Positions 56,176 through 64,000 of a DNA stretch of 64,000 nt are shown here, one piece after another. Each line of letters starts with the position of its first letter. Position 1 is the first letter of the stretch. The notes below the pieces were generated by a model. It was not told the origin of the DNA. It saw only the letters and a program-made list of their open reading frames with translations, and ran no database searches. The stretch is from a virus: positions 6,837-70,836 of IMG/VR virus record IMGVR_UViG_3300020176_000013. One strand, written 5' to 3'. A program made the translations under genes and the position numbers.

Positions 56176-57822
56176 GTGGCTGGTAGAGTACCTATAATTC
56201 CAGGAGTCCCAACTCCAAGCGATCCACAATGTGCATTAACTTATTGTGGAAGAATTATCGCACAAGTAGATTGTATTAAATGGATAGTACAAGGTACTTC
56301 TGCATGCATTGATATTCAATTATTTAATGCTAATGATAAACCACTTAATCTTGATACTATATGTGATATACACGTTCAACTAACAAATGAGTTAGAATGT
56401 GTTGTTGCAAATTTTTGGTATCCTGATGTTCCTTCTGGGTCAAAGGGATTCCTTATAGACATCTTACAATATACTGATACCTCGGGTACAATTTATAATG
56501 AAGGTTTAATTAGAATCTGCCTACCTTCCAGCTGTACATATGTTTCACCTGGAAATATAATGGCTGAAATACTTCTAACTGAATGTGGAGGAAATACTGG
56601 AGATCCAACTGGCGTAGGTCCTACTGGTGCATTACCAACCGGATCCGCTGAAATTTATGGAATTCCATGTTTATGGGTTGCTACGATTGTTGAATCTAAG
56701 ATTGCACAAAATGGTGGTGATAGTGGATGTTATCCAGGCTATGTACCCGGTGGAGGTGGATCTGGTGGTGGAGGTGGATCTGTTTCAGGTTCTGTTGGTG
56801 CAACCGGTCAACAAGGTCCACAAGGCCCACGAGGATTTATTGGGGCCACTGGTATAGGTGGAAGCGGCGGAGGAAATGATGGTGCAACTGGTGTTCAGGG
56901 ACCACAGGGACCACAGGGACCAATCGGTGCGACTGGTTTAACTGGTCTACAAGGTGCAACTGGAGCTGATGGTGTAGGTTCTACTGGAGCTACTGGTCTG
57001 CAAGGTCCAATTGGTGCAACTGGAGCTGATGGGGTAGGTTCTACTGGAGCTACTGGTCCGCAAGGAGAAATTGGTGCCACTGGTGTTCAGGGTCCAATTG
57101 GTGCAACTGGAGCTGATGGTGTAGGTTCTACTGGAGCTACTGGTGTTCAAGGACCACAAGGTGATATAGGTGCCACTGGTATTCAAGGACCACAAGGTGA
57201 TATAGGTGCCACTGGTATTCAAGGACCGCAAGGAGATATAGGAGCCACTGGTGTTCAGGGACCACAGGGTGATATAGGTGCCACTGGTGTTCAGGGACCA
57301 CAGGGTGATATAGGTGCCACTGGTGTTCAAGGACCACAAGGTGATATAGGAGCCACTGGTGTTCAGGGACCACAGGGTGATATAGGTGCCACTGGTGTTC
57401 AAGGACCGCAAGGAGATATAGGAGCCACTGGTGTTCAAGGTCCTCAGGGTGCTACCGGTTTAACTGGTGCTACTGGAGTAATAGGTGCAACTGGGTCTGA
57501 CGCTGATACTTTAGTAACGACTAACACACAATCAAATAGTTATACCTTAGTATTAAGTGATAGAAATAAAATAGTTGAAATAAGTAATGCATCTTCTAGG
57601 ACTTTAACAGTTCCACCCAATTCATCTGTTGCATTCCCTATCGGTTCTCAGGTTATGGTAGCAAGAGGTGATACAGGGTCTGTTCGAATTTTAGCAGGTA
57701 GTGGCGTTACAATAGATTCTTCAAATAACAATACATTTTTACAGTATCAGTATTCTGGAGCAACACTTGTCAAAAAATCCACTGACGGTTGGTGGTTGTT
57801 TGGAGATTTATCCGCAAGTTAA
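56176..57822 (+). CDS. Collagen-like fibre protein
   Basis: Cys-rich N-domain, Gly linker, about 230 aa of Gly-X-Y repeats, globular C-domain; GTG start. Confidence 0.85.
   Translation: MAGRVPIIPGVPTPSDPQCALTYCGRIIAQVDCIKWIVQGTSACIDIQLFNANDKPLNLDTICDIHVQLTNELECVVANFWYPDVPSGSKGFLIDILQYTDTSGTIYNEGLIRICLPSSCTYVSPGNIMAEILLTECGGNTGDPTGVGPTGALPTGSAEIYGIPCLWVATIVESKIAQNGGDSGCYPGYVPGGGGSGGGGGSVSGSVGATGQQGPQGPRGFIGATGIGGSGGGNDGATGVQGPQGPQGPIGATGLTGLQGATGADGVGSTGATGLQGPIGATGADGVGSTGATGPQGEIGATGVQGPIGATGADGVGSTGATGVQGPQGDIGATGIQGPQGDIGATGIQGPQGDIGATGVQGPQGDIGATGVQGPQGDIGATGVQGPQGDIGATGVQGPQGDIGATGVQGPQGDIGATGVQGPQGATGLTGATGVIGATGSDADTLVTTNTQSNSYTLVLSDRNKIVEISNASSRTLTVPPNSSVAFPIGSQVMVARGDTGSVRILAGSGVTIDSSNNNTFLQYQYSGATLVKKSTDGWWLFGDLSAS
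57133..57447 (+). repeat. 36-bp tandem repeat (GATG[V/I]QGPQGDI), about 8 copies
   Basis: GG[T/A]GCCACTGGT[G/A]TTCA[A/G]GGACC[A/G]CA[A/G]GG[T/A]GATATA units in frame. Confidence 0.9.
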
Positions 57823-57825
57823 TAT

Positions 57826-58686
57826 ATGATACAGTTAGTTACATCAGGAATTTTAGAACAACCGCAACCTATTGCTAATGAATGGGAACCTACCGATGCA
57901 AGTGTGGTTGCTTGGATTGATGCAAGTGATACTTCTTCATATACTACATCAGGCTCAACCTTAACAGCTGTTACAGATAAAGCAGGTACTTATACTATGT
58001 CAATTGGTAATACACCTACTGTCGTTACTAATGGTCTTAATAGCTTAAATGTATTTGATTTTGATGGAAGTGGTGAATATTTGCAAAGTACAAGTTATTC
58101 AGCGCAAACAGATGGTAGTGGAAATCATTGGGCAGTTGGAGTATTTTTAGCAGATTTTGTTGATGCGGATAAAGATTCTTTTTGGTCTTACGAAACAAAT
58201 ACTTCAATAAGTACCAAAAGAGATTATGCAATATCATCAGGTAGTGGAGGTTCAAATACTTGGCCAGGTGAGCTTGACTTAGATACAAACAACGTAACTA
58301 ACAGAATAAGTTCTACGATTGGTAATTTACAGGATTGGACTTTACAAAGTGTCTCAATTGATAACTGGGTTATTGTTTCATGTTGGTTTAATAAAACAGG
58401 TAATCAAATAGGTAACCGGGTCAATGGTAATAACGCATATACTCCTGTTAATGACTATGATAATTCAATTCAGACTAATCAAGAATTACGCCTAATGAGA
58501 AACCGAGCGTCTCAAGAATTAGATGGCCGCTTGGCGGAATTCTTTGCGGTTGCTGATATACCAGGAACGGGTGGAACAGATCTTACAGATTTACAGAAAG
58601 GCGAAGGGTATCTTGCTTGGAAGTGGGGATTAGTAGGTTTACTGCCATCTGGACACCCATATAAGAATAATCCACCTACTGTTTAG
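57826..58686 (+). CDS. LamG/concanavalin-like virion accessory protein
   Basis: WIDASD, FDGSGEYL, EGYLAWKWGL...LPSGHPYK; follows the collagen gene. Confidence 0.65.
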   Translation: MIQLVTSGILEQPQPIANEWEPTDASVVAWIDASDTSSYTTSGSTLTAVTDKAGTYTMSIGNTPTVVTNGLNSLNVFDFDGSGEYLQSTSYSAQTDGSGNHWAVGVFLADFVDADKDSFWSYETNTSISTKRDYAISSGSGGSNTWPGELDLDTNNVTNRISSTIGNLQDWTLQSVSIDNWVIVSCWFNKTGNQIGNRVNGNNAYTPVNDYDNSIQTNQELRLMRNRASQELDGRLAEFFAVADIPGTGGTDLTDLQKGEGYLAWKWGLVGLLPSGHPYKNNPPTV

Positions 58687-58708
58687 GAATATATAATTAA
58701 ATTGTATT

Positions 58709-59410
58709 ATGAAGAATAGATTAGTTCATTATTTTATAATTAGTATTTTTTGTAGCTTATACGCTTTAGTTGCTACAATATCAATGATTAATTCGGTAGC
58801 CTTTTTTGACTTAAGTCATAGCGGTTTAATGTCATGGTCTTTGGCTATTGGTTTTGAGTTAGGTGCAGCTGCTTCTCTTGCTGCAATAATCATTTTAGAT
58901 AAAACAAATAAGACAATGGTGTGGAGTTTATTTTTACTTCTTACCGCATTCCAAATGATGGCAAATTCATTTCATGCCTTTATTAACTTAGAGGATTATA
59001 TGGGATGGATAGAACTTTTCGGATTAGAAGAGGAAGAGCCAATAACACAAAAAAGAATATTATCCGTTGTCAGTGGTGCTGTGTTACCTTTAGTGGCTTT
59101 AGGATTCATTAAGTCCTTGACTGACTATATCAGACCAGATGATGGAAAAACAATATCTTCGGAAAATGTAACCGAAGAGATCGCTGATCAACCAATAGAA
59201 GAATTGGAAAAAGTTGTAGAGAAATCATCCAATGATAATAACAACGCTGAAAATGATGTATTAACTAACGTTAATGAATCTACTGTGGATTTATCTAGAG
59301 TAAGTAAGACAAAGGTCCATCATGTTGAAGAGGTTGTTAAAGACTCTGATGATTCTTTATTAAAGGAAGGCAATTCTTCTGGGAGAAAACATTACATTTC
59401 AAAGCCTTAA
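58709..59410 (+). CDS. Multi-pass membrane protein
   Basis: Four hydrophobic helices and an acidic C-tail; late motif upstream. Confidence 0.7.
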   Translation: MKNRLVHYFIISIFCSLYALVATISMINSVAFFDLSHSGLMSWSLAIGFELGAAASLAAIIILDKTNKTMVWSLFLLLTAFQMMANSFHAFINLEDYMGWIELFGLEEEEPITQKRILSVVSGAVLPLVALGFIKSLTDYIRPDDGKTISSENVTEEIADQPIEELEKVVEKSSNDNNNAENDVLTNVNESTVDLSRVSKTKVHHVEEVVKDSDDSLLKEGNSSGRKHYISKP

Positions 59411-59448
59411 GAATAACGATTCTTTGGGTGTAAAAATATTTCTTCGCA

Positions 59449-60150
59449 ATGCCAGCTAGAACATACGAGGACGAAGTCTTTCGTCAAAAAAGAATAGTCA
59501 AAAATCCAATCAAATTTAATATCCCATTAAATGAAGAACAAAAAATCGCAAAAGAGCAAATACTAAATAATACTGTAACGATATTAGCAGGTAAAGCAGG
59601 TAGTGGTAAAACTTTATTGGCATGCCAGGTTGCATTAGATGGTTTATTTCGTAGACATTATGAAAAAATTATCATAACTAGACCAACAGTTTCAAAGGAA
59701 GAGATTGGTTTCTTACCTGGAGATCTTCATCAAAAAATGGATCCTTGGGTTCAACCAATTTATCAAAATATGTATCTCTTATATGGAAAGGATAAAGTAG
59801 ATCCTTATATAAAGGAAGGCAAAATTGAAATTGTACCTGTAGCATTTATGAGAGGCCGAACATTTTTAGATAGCTGTGTTATTGTAGATGAAGCACAAAA
59901 TGTTACAATGACACAAATGGAAATGATTGCCACAAGAATTGGTTTAAGATCTAAAATGATTGTATGTGGTGATGATGGCCAAGTAGATTTAAAAAACAGA
60001 AAAGAATCAGGATTTAGATTTTTATACAATTTAGGAAAGAAAGTAAAAAATGTTTGTTCTGTAACTTTATTTCAAAATCACAGAGATCCTGTTGTAGATG
60101 ATTTGATTAATGCCTATGAAGATTTCTATGATAAGAAACCGAATAAATAA
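59449..60150 (+). CDS. phoH: PhoH-like ATPase
   Basis: GKAGSGKT, ITRP, GFLPG, FMRGRTF, DEAQN, GDDGQVD. Confidence 0.93.
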   Translation: MPARTYEDEVFRQKRIVKNPIKFNIPLNEEQKIAKEQILNNTVTILAGKAGSGKTLLACQVALDGLFRRHYEKIIITRPTVSKEEIGFLPGDLHQKMDPWVQPIYQNMYLLYGKDKVDPYIKEGKIEIVPVAFMRGRTFLDSCVIVDEAQNVTMTQMEMIATRIGLRSKMIVCGDDGQVDLKNRKESGFRFLYNLGKKVKNVCSVTLFQNHRDPVVDDLINAYEDFYDKKPNK

Positions 60151-60167
60151 ACAAATAATTATAAGAT

Positions 60168-61043
60168 ATGGTTTTAAAACAAGGATCTCGTGGAATAGAG
60201 GTTAAAGAAATACAAAAGTTTTTAGGTATCTATGCAGATGGTATATTTGGTCCGAAGACACATAACAAAGTTTGTGAATGGCAACATGAAAACCAATTGG
60301 TGGTTGATGGTATTGTTGGCCCTGCCACTTGGAATGCTATGGGTCTTGCTAGTACTGATAATTCGGAACTTACTGAATCGTTGGAAAACGGATTAGTAAT
60401 TCATAAACATTATTTACCAGAAGATGAGTACATGACAGGAAGTAAACCTGAATATGTATTTCTTCATCACACTGCAGGTTGGCATAATCCATACAAAACA
60501 ATTGATCATTGGGCAGGTGATAGCAGAGGAAAGGTTGCTACAGAATTTGTTTTAGGTGGTCAATCTGTTAGAGGAAATGATGATCGTTATGATGGTGTTC
60601 TAGTACAATGTATGCCGCAAGGCGGTTGGGGTTGGCACTTAGGAACTGGAAGAAGTCACATGCATAAAAACTCTGTTGGTATTGAAGTAAATAATTTTGG
60701 ATGGGTGAAAGATGGAAAAACATATGCAGGTACAAGAGTTGATTCTAGCCAAATAGTTGTTCTATCTAAACCATTTAGAGGTTATTCTACATGGCACCGT
60801 TACTCTGATAAACAGATTGAAGTACTAAGAGATTGGATACTTTGGATTGGCGAAAGAGATAATATTGATGTAAGGGCTGGTTTACCTGCTCTTATTAAAG
60901 AAAAAGGTGCTGATGCATTTGAATTTAATCAGGAAGTATTAGAAGGTAAACATAAAGGTTTATGGACTCATACAAATGTTCGTAAAACTAAAGTGGATAT
61001 GTTTCCTCAACCAGAATTATTAGATATGTTAACTAGCTTATAA
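60168..61043 (+). CDS. Endolysin: peptidoglycan-binding domain plus Zn-amidase
   Basis: LKQGSRG..VKEIQ...DGIFGPKT...DGIVGPATW; LHHTAG, SVGIEV, WTHTNV..K.D. Confidence 0.88.
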   Translation: MVLKQGSRGIEVKEIQKFLGIYADGIFGPKTHNKVCEWQHENQLVVDGIVGPATWNAMGLASTDNSELTESLENGLVIHKHYLPEDEYMTGSKPEYVFLHHTAGWHNPYKTIDHWAGDSRGKVATEFVLGGQSVRGNDDRYDGVLVQCMPQGGWGWHLGTGRSHMHKNSVGIEVNNFGWVKDGKTYAGTRVDSSQIVVLSKPFRGYSTWHRYSDKQIEVLRDWILWIGERDNIDVRAGLPALIKEKGADAFEFNQEVLEGKHKGLWTHTNVRKTKVDMFPQPELLDMLTSL

Positions 61044-61429
61044 TGGAAAAGTATATTTATAGATGTAAATTAGATCGTGTAATTGACGGTGATACTGTTG
61101 ATGCAATGATTGATGTTGGATTTGATATTTGGATTAAAAGAAGAATAAGATTTAAAGGAATGAATGCATGGGAAAGCCGTACAAGAAACCTTAACGAAAA
61201 GGCATTAGGCTTAGCTGCAAAGAAAAGACTTATAGAACTTTTAACCGAAGTAAGTTCAAAACCAAACTTCTTTAGAATTAAATCCTATGGTGAAGGTAAG
61301 TATGGTCGTGTACTTGCCGAATTATTCATAATGGATAATGATGGTAATGTTATAAACATAAACGAAACTCTTATTGCTGAAGGTCATGCTCATGAATATG
61401 ATGGTGGTAAAAGAAAAGAGTTTAAATGA
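61043..61429 (+). CDS. Thermonuclease (SNase-like)
   Basis: RVIDGDTV, RIRF.G.NA.E, KYGRVLA, INETLIAEGHA. Confidence 0.87.
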   Translation: MEKYIYRCKLDRVIDGDTVDAMIDVGFDIWIKRRIRFKGMNAWESRTRNLNEKALGLAAKKRLIELLTEVSSKPNFFRIKSYGEGKYGRVLAELFIMDNDGNVININETLIAEGHAHEYDGGKRKEFK

Positions 61430-62025
61430 AAGTATTTTGCGTAGGAACATGGAAAACTGGAACCACTTCAATGGGGCATGCCCTTCATACTATTATGGGA
61501 GGGAAACATCAAAAATGGGACCATAAAAATAGACTTCTTTATTTTAATAATAAGTTTGAAGATATTTTTAGAATTAGTAAAAGACATAGAACTTTTGATG
61601 ATACTCCTTGGAATTGTATTGATGTTTGGCCTAAGTTAAAGGAAATGTATCCTAATTCAAAATACATATTAACTCTAAGAGAAGAGGAGTCTTGGTTTAA
61701 TAGTATGGTTAAGTGGTATCGAGGTGATCTTAATACTTTTAACCATTCACATATTGTTAAAGGTATCTATGATAGACAACTTAAACCTTTTGGTTTTGAT
61801 ATTGAAGATATGGCCGTATTGGAAAATTCAAAAGAACATTGGATTGAGTGGTACAGAAAAAGAAATAAACATTTAATTGATGCATTTAGGGGTACTGATC
61901 GTCTCCTAACATATAATATAACGACGGAAAAAGGATGGGAGACTTTGTGCAATTTTTTAGAAAAAGACATTCCAACTGAAGAATTCCCTCATCTTAATAA
62001 AAATGACAGTATGACACTAGGTTAA
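61426..62025 (+). CDS. Sulfotransferase family protein
   Basis: KVFCVG..KTGTTS (PAPS loop), YPNSKYILTLR...WFNS, GWETLCNFL, FPHLN. Confidence 0.83.
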   Translation: MKVFCVGTWKTGTTSMGHALHTIMGGKHQKWDHKNRLLYFNNKFEDIFRISKRHRTFDDTPWNCIDVWPKLKEMYPNSKYILTLREEESWFNSMVKWYRGDLNTFNHSHIVKGIYDRQLKPFGFDIEDMAVLENSKEHWIEWYRKRNKHLIDAFRGTDRLLTYNITTEKGWETLCNFLEKDIPTEEFPHLNKNDSMTLG

Positions 62026-62049
62026 AGTAAACCATGACAAGTTTTGTAG

Positions 62050-62086
62050 AAACCGTGCTAAAATTAACTTTGGCACGGTTTTTTCA
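62050..62086 (+). promoter_or_regulatory. Hairpin/terminator overlapping a sigma-54-like -24 element upstream of hsp20
   Basis: AAACCGTGCTAAA / TTTGGCACGGTTT stem with a T run; TGGCACG-GTTT-TTTCA at 62071-62086. Confidence 0.5.
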
Positions 62087-62148
62087 GTATATTAAACAAA
62101 TAGGGGAAACCCTAAAATGTTTAACTTAAAAAAATTTAAATTTAAATT

Positions 62149-62502
62149 ATGTTTTTAACAACAAAACCTTTCAAATCAATTTTTGACGATTCAATTTGGG
62201 ATGAATTGGATAACGTAACAACAACCTTTAAGGGATACCATTCCGAAAAAACCGATGATGGTTATCTTTTAGAAATGTCTGTACCTGGTTTAGGTAAGAA
62301 GGACCTCTCAGTAAAAATAGTAAAAGGGCGTCTTAACATTAAAACAGATGTAGAAACTAAGTGGCTTACATCCTTTGATAAAACCTTCATCTTACCGGAA
62401 GAATCCGATACAAAGAAGATTAAAGCAACTGTTGAAAATGGTGTTCTTACTGTAAACATTCCAACTAGGGAAGATGCCGAAAAAATTGTTGAAGTACTCT
62501 GA
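62149..62502 (+). CDS. Small heat-shock protein (Hsp20/alpha-crystallin)
   Basis: VPGL.KKDL.V, FILPE, IKATVENGVLTVNIP. Confidence 0.9.
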   Translation: MFLTTKPFKSIFDDSIWDELDNVTTTFKGYHSEKTDDGYLLEMSVPGLGKKDLSVKIVKGRLNIKTDVETKWLTSFDKTFILPEESDTKKIKATVENGVLTVNIPTREDAEKIVEVL

Positions 62503-62548
62503 AACTAAATCTAAGAAATTGTATATAATAATAAAATCGATTTAAATT

Positions 62549-62782
62549 ATGAGTACTGATCAAACACAACAAGAAATGAATCAAGGGCAAGCAGTTAACG
62601 TTCTTATTCAGGCTGCAAGAATTGCACAACAAAAAGGAGCATTTACTTTAGAAGACGCCGAACTGGTTGCAAAAGCAATCCGCGTATTTGTACCTCCAAC
62701 CGAAGAAGGTGGTGAAGAAAACCCTAACGAGGTTGTAAATGAAGATGCCCCTACAGAGCCTGTTATTGAAAAGGTAAAATAA
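62549..62782 (+). CDS. Small acidic hypothetical protein
   Basis: AQQKGAFTLEDA motif; middle-type promoter upstream. Confidence 0.65.
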   Translation: MSTDQTQQEMNQGQAVNVLIQAARIAQQKGAFTLEDAELVAKAIRVFVPPTEEGGEENPNEVVNEDAPTEPVIEKVK

Positions 62783-62812
62783 ACCTAATCAACAATAGCG
62801 TTCAATTATTAG

Positions 62813-62841
62813 AAATAGGGAGAGGAAACTCTCCCTATTTT
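62813..62841 (+). terminator. Intrinsic terminator
   Basis: AAATAGGGAGAG-GAAA-CTCTCCCTATTT perfect 12-bp stem. Confidence 0.85.
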
Positions 62842-62866
62842 AGTCTGATAAATAAAATAAAGTAAG

Positions 62867-64000
62867 GTGAAAAAGCGTAGAATTCCTAAGATTCTTATTA
62901 ATCCTATTCAAGTCAAACGCGGTGTTTCTCCGGGTAGAAAAACAATTAGGCCTATTAATAACAGGAACACAAATCCTAAAATACATGTAGGAAGACTTAC
63001 TAGTAGCGACATTTCTAGAATTACTTCATTTAGTAAATTAAATAAAAGAAACAATAGGCTGTTTATTATAGCCGGAGGCCCATCAGTAAAAAATGTAGAC
63101 TTTTCTAAATTAACTGGTGAAGACATAATGTGTGTTAATGCATCAGTTAAATTAATAGATCAACCAACATACTTTGTTACAATGGATTATAGCTTTTTAA
63201 CTAAAGAAGTTATTTCTATAGATGAAATTAACAAAAAGATCACTGGGAAAAGTTTTTTTATACTTAAAACAAATAATCCTCATCTTATAATAAAAAATGG
63301 AATTATTGAAGATAAGAGGCATAATTTTCCTTACACTAATATCAATAAATTTAATCATGTAATAGCAAGTAATACCGATTTTCTAAAAAGTAAAGGATTT
63401 GGTGAAAACCTAGAATCATTTGTAAATGGTAATAACAGTGGCTTTTCTGCAATCCAATTAGGAATTTTGTTAGGGTATGAAGAAATTTATCTTATTGGAT
63501 TTGATTTAGGATTTACTCGGACTGATACACATTTTCATGATTGGTATAAAGGAAAAAGTAATATTAAATCTAAGATTAATGATTATAAGAATTCATTAAT
63601 TTCTGCAATGAGATCTTTTTCTATATCTACCAATTGGATAAAAAAACCTAGTATTTATACAATTACAGACAGTCCTATTAATTTACACATACCTAAAAAG
63701 GAATTAGAAGAAATCATAAAAAATAAACCACAATTGAAAAAGTTAAATAATGATAAACCTTATTTAGTTGTTTCATACTATACATTAAATACTCCTTATG
63801 AGCAAGAAGCATTGAAACTTAAAAAATCTTTAGAAAGATTAAACATACCGCATGACATCGTAGGTGTAAGAAATTTAGGTAATTGGCAAGCAAACACTAG
63901 ATTTAAGGCAAAGTTTATGCAGGATATGTTAATTAAGCATAAGGGAAAAAGTGTTGTATGGGTGGACAGCGATGCCGTTATACATTCCTATCCGAAATTG
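62867..64000 (+). CDS. DUF115/Maf-like domain fused to a GT-A glycosyltransferase domain (runs off the window; not in the ORF track)
   Basis: GTG start, MKKRRIPK...; FIIAGGPSV, NNSGFSAIQLGILLGYEEIYLIGFD, HFH; then VVSYYT..TPY...FKAKF...VVWVDSDA (DxD). Confidence 0.8.
   Translation, partial: MKKRRIPKILINPIQVKRGVSPGRKTIRPINNRNTNPKIHVGRLTSSDISRITSFSKLNKRNNRLFIIAGGPSVKNVDFSKLTGEDIMCVNASVKLIDQPTYFVTMDYSFLTKEVISIDEINKKITGKSFFILKTNNPHLIIKNGIIEDKRHNFPYTNINKFNHVIASNTDFLKSKGFGENLESFVNGNNSGFSAIQLGILLGYEEIYLIGFDLGFTRTDTHFHDWYKGKSNIKSKINDYKNSLISAMRSFSISTNWIKKPSIYTITDSPINLHIPKKELEEIIKNKPQLKKLNNDKPYLVVSYYTLNTPYEQEALKLKKSLERLNIPHDIVGVRNLGNWQANTRFKAKFMQDMLIKHKGKSVVWVDSDAVIHSYPKL

Noticed and set aside
57133-57447. 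36-bp periodic repeat as a CRISPR array
   Set aside because: The units are contiguous with no unique spacers, vary mainly at synonymous positions, and encode Gly-X-Y collagen.
271-63126. The many minus-strand and nested ORFs in the track (e.g. 1519..1932, 38894..39475, 46931..47410, 56947..57438)
   Set aside because: They are shadows of well-supported plus-strand genes with no recognisable motifs. Only 22347..23135 is accepted on the minus strand.
1-64000. Stop-codon reassignment (alternative genetic code)
   Set aside because: Core genes are full length under the standard code, and TAA, TAG and TGA all occur as true gene ends.
1-64000. tRNA/rRNA genes, introns or inteins in the terminase, helicase or topoisomerase genes
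   Set aside because: Intergenic gaps are short and show no cloverleaf, and these proteins have normal lengths without intein motifs. Judged by eye; a covariance-model scan was not run.
1-64000. Bacterial chromosome or prophage origin suggested by PPIase, gmk, phoH, ECF sigma and GTs
   Set aside because: These genes are interleaved with a complete T4-like virion and replication set and share phage promoter motifs; no integrase or host flank is visible.

Overview
The whole window is part of a large, AT-rich, T4-related (contractile-tailed, probably jumbo) phage genome. Nearly all genes are on the + strand. A Bacteroidota host is inferred from SD-less A-rich translation starts and a TAnnTTTG -7 promoter element. 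It carries replication/recombination genes (clamp, clamp loader, C-terminal half of a split family-B polymerase, UvsX, gp41, gp46/47, RNase H, topoisomerase II), head and tail genes (gp2/4/15/16/17/18/19/20/21-22/23/26/51, tape measure), two sigma factors, nucleotide-metabolism genes including a dCMP-type thymidylate-synthase homologue, many glycan-modifying enzymes, chaperones and lysis genes. The most notable signals are: a readable three-tier promoter cascade in which a phage ECF sigma appears to drive 'middle' AAAC-N17/18-TATAA promoters; two probable recoding sites (-1 at an A9 run fusing two glycosyltransferase domains, +1 between the gp26- and gp51-like genes); an apparently catalytically dead phosphoesterase coupled to the sigma gene; a late ATP-grasp enzyme with a capsid-targeting-like N-terminus; a degenerate GIY-YIG/RHH fusion; and a hairpin cassette flanked by direct repeats. 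All family assignments come from motif recognition by eye, not from database searches.
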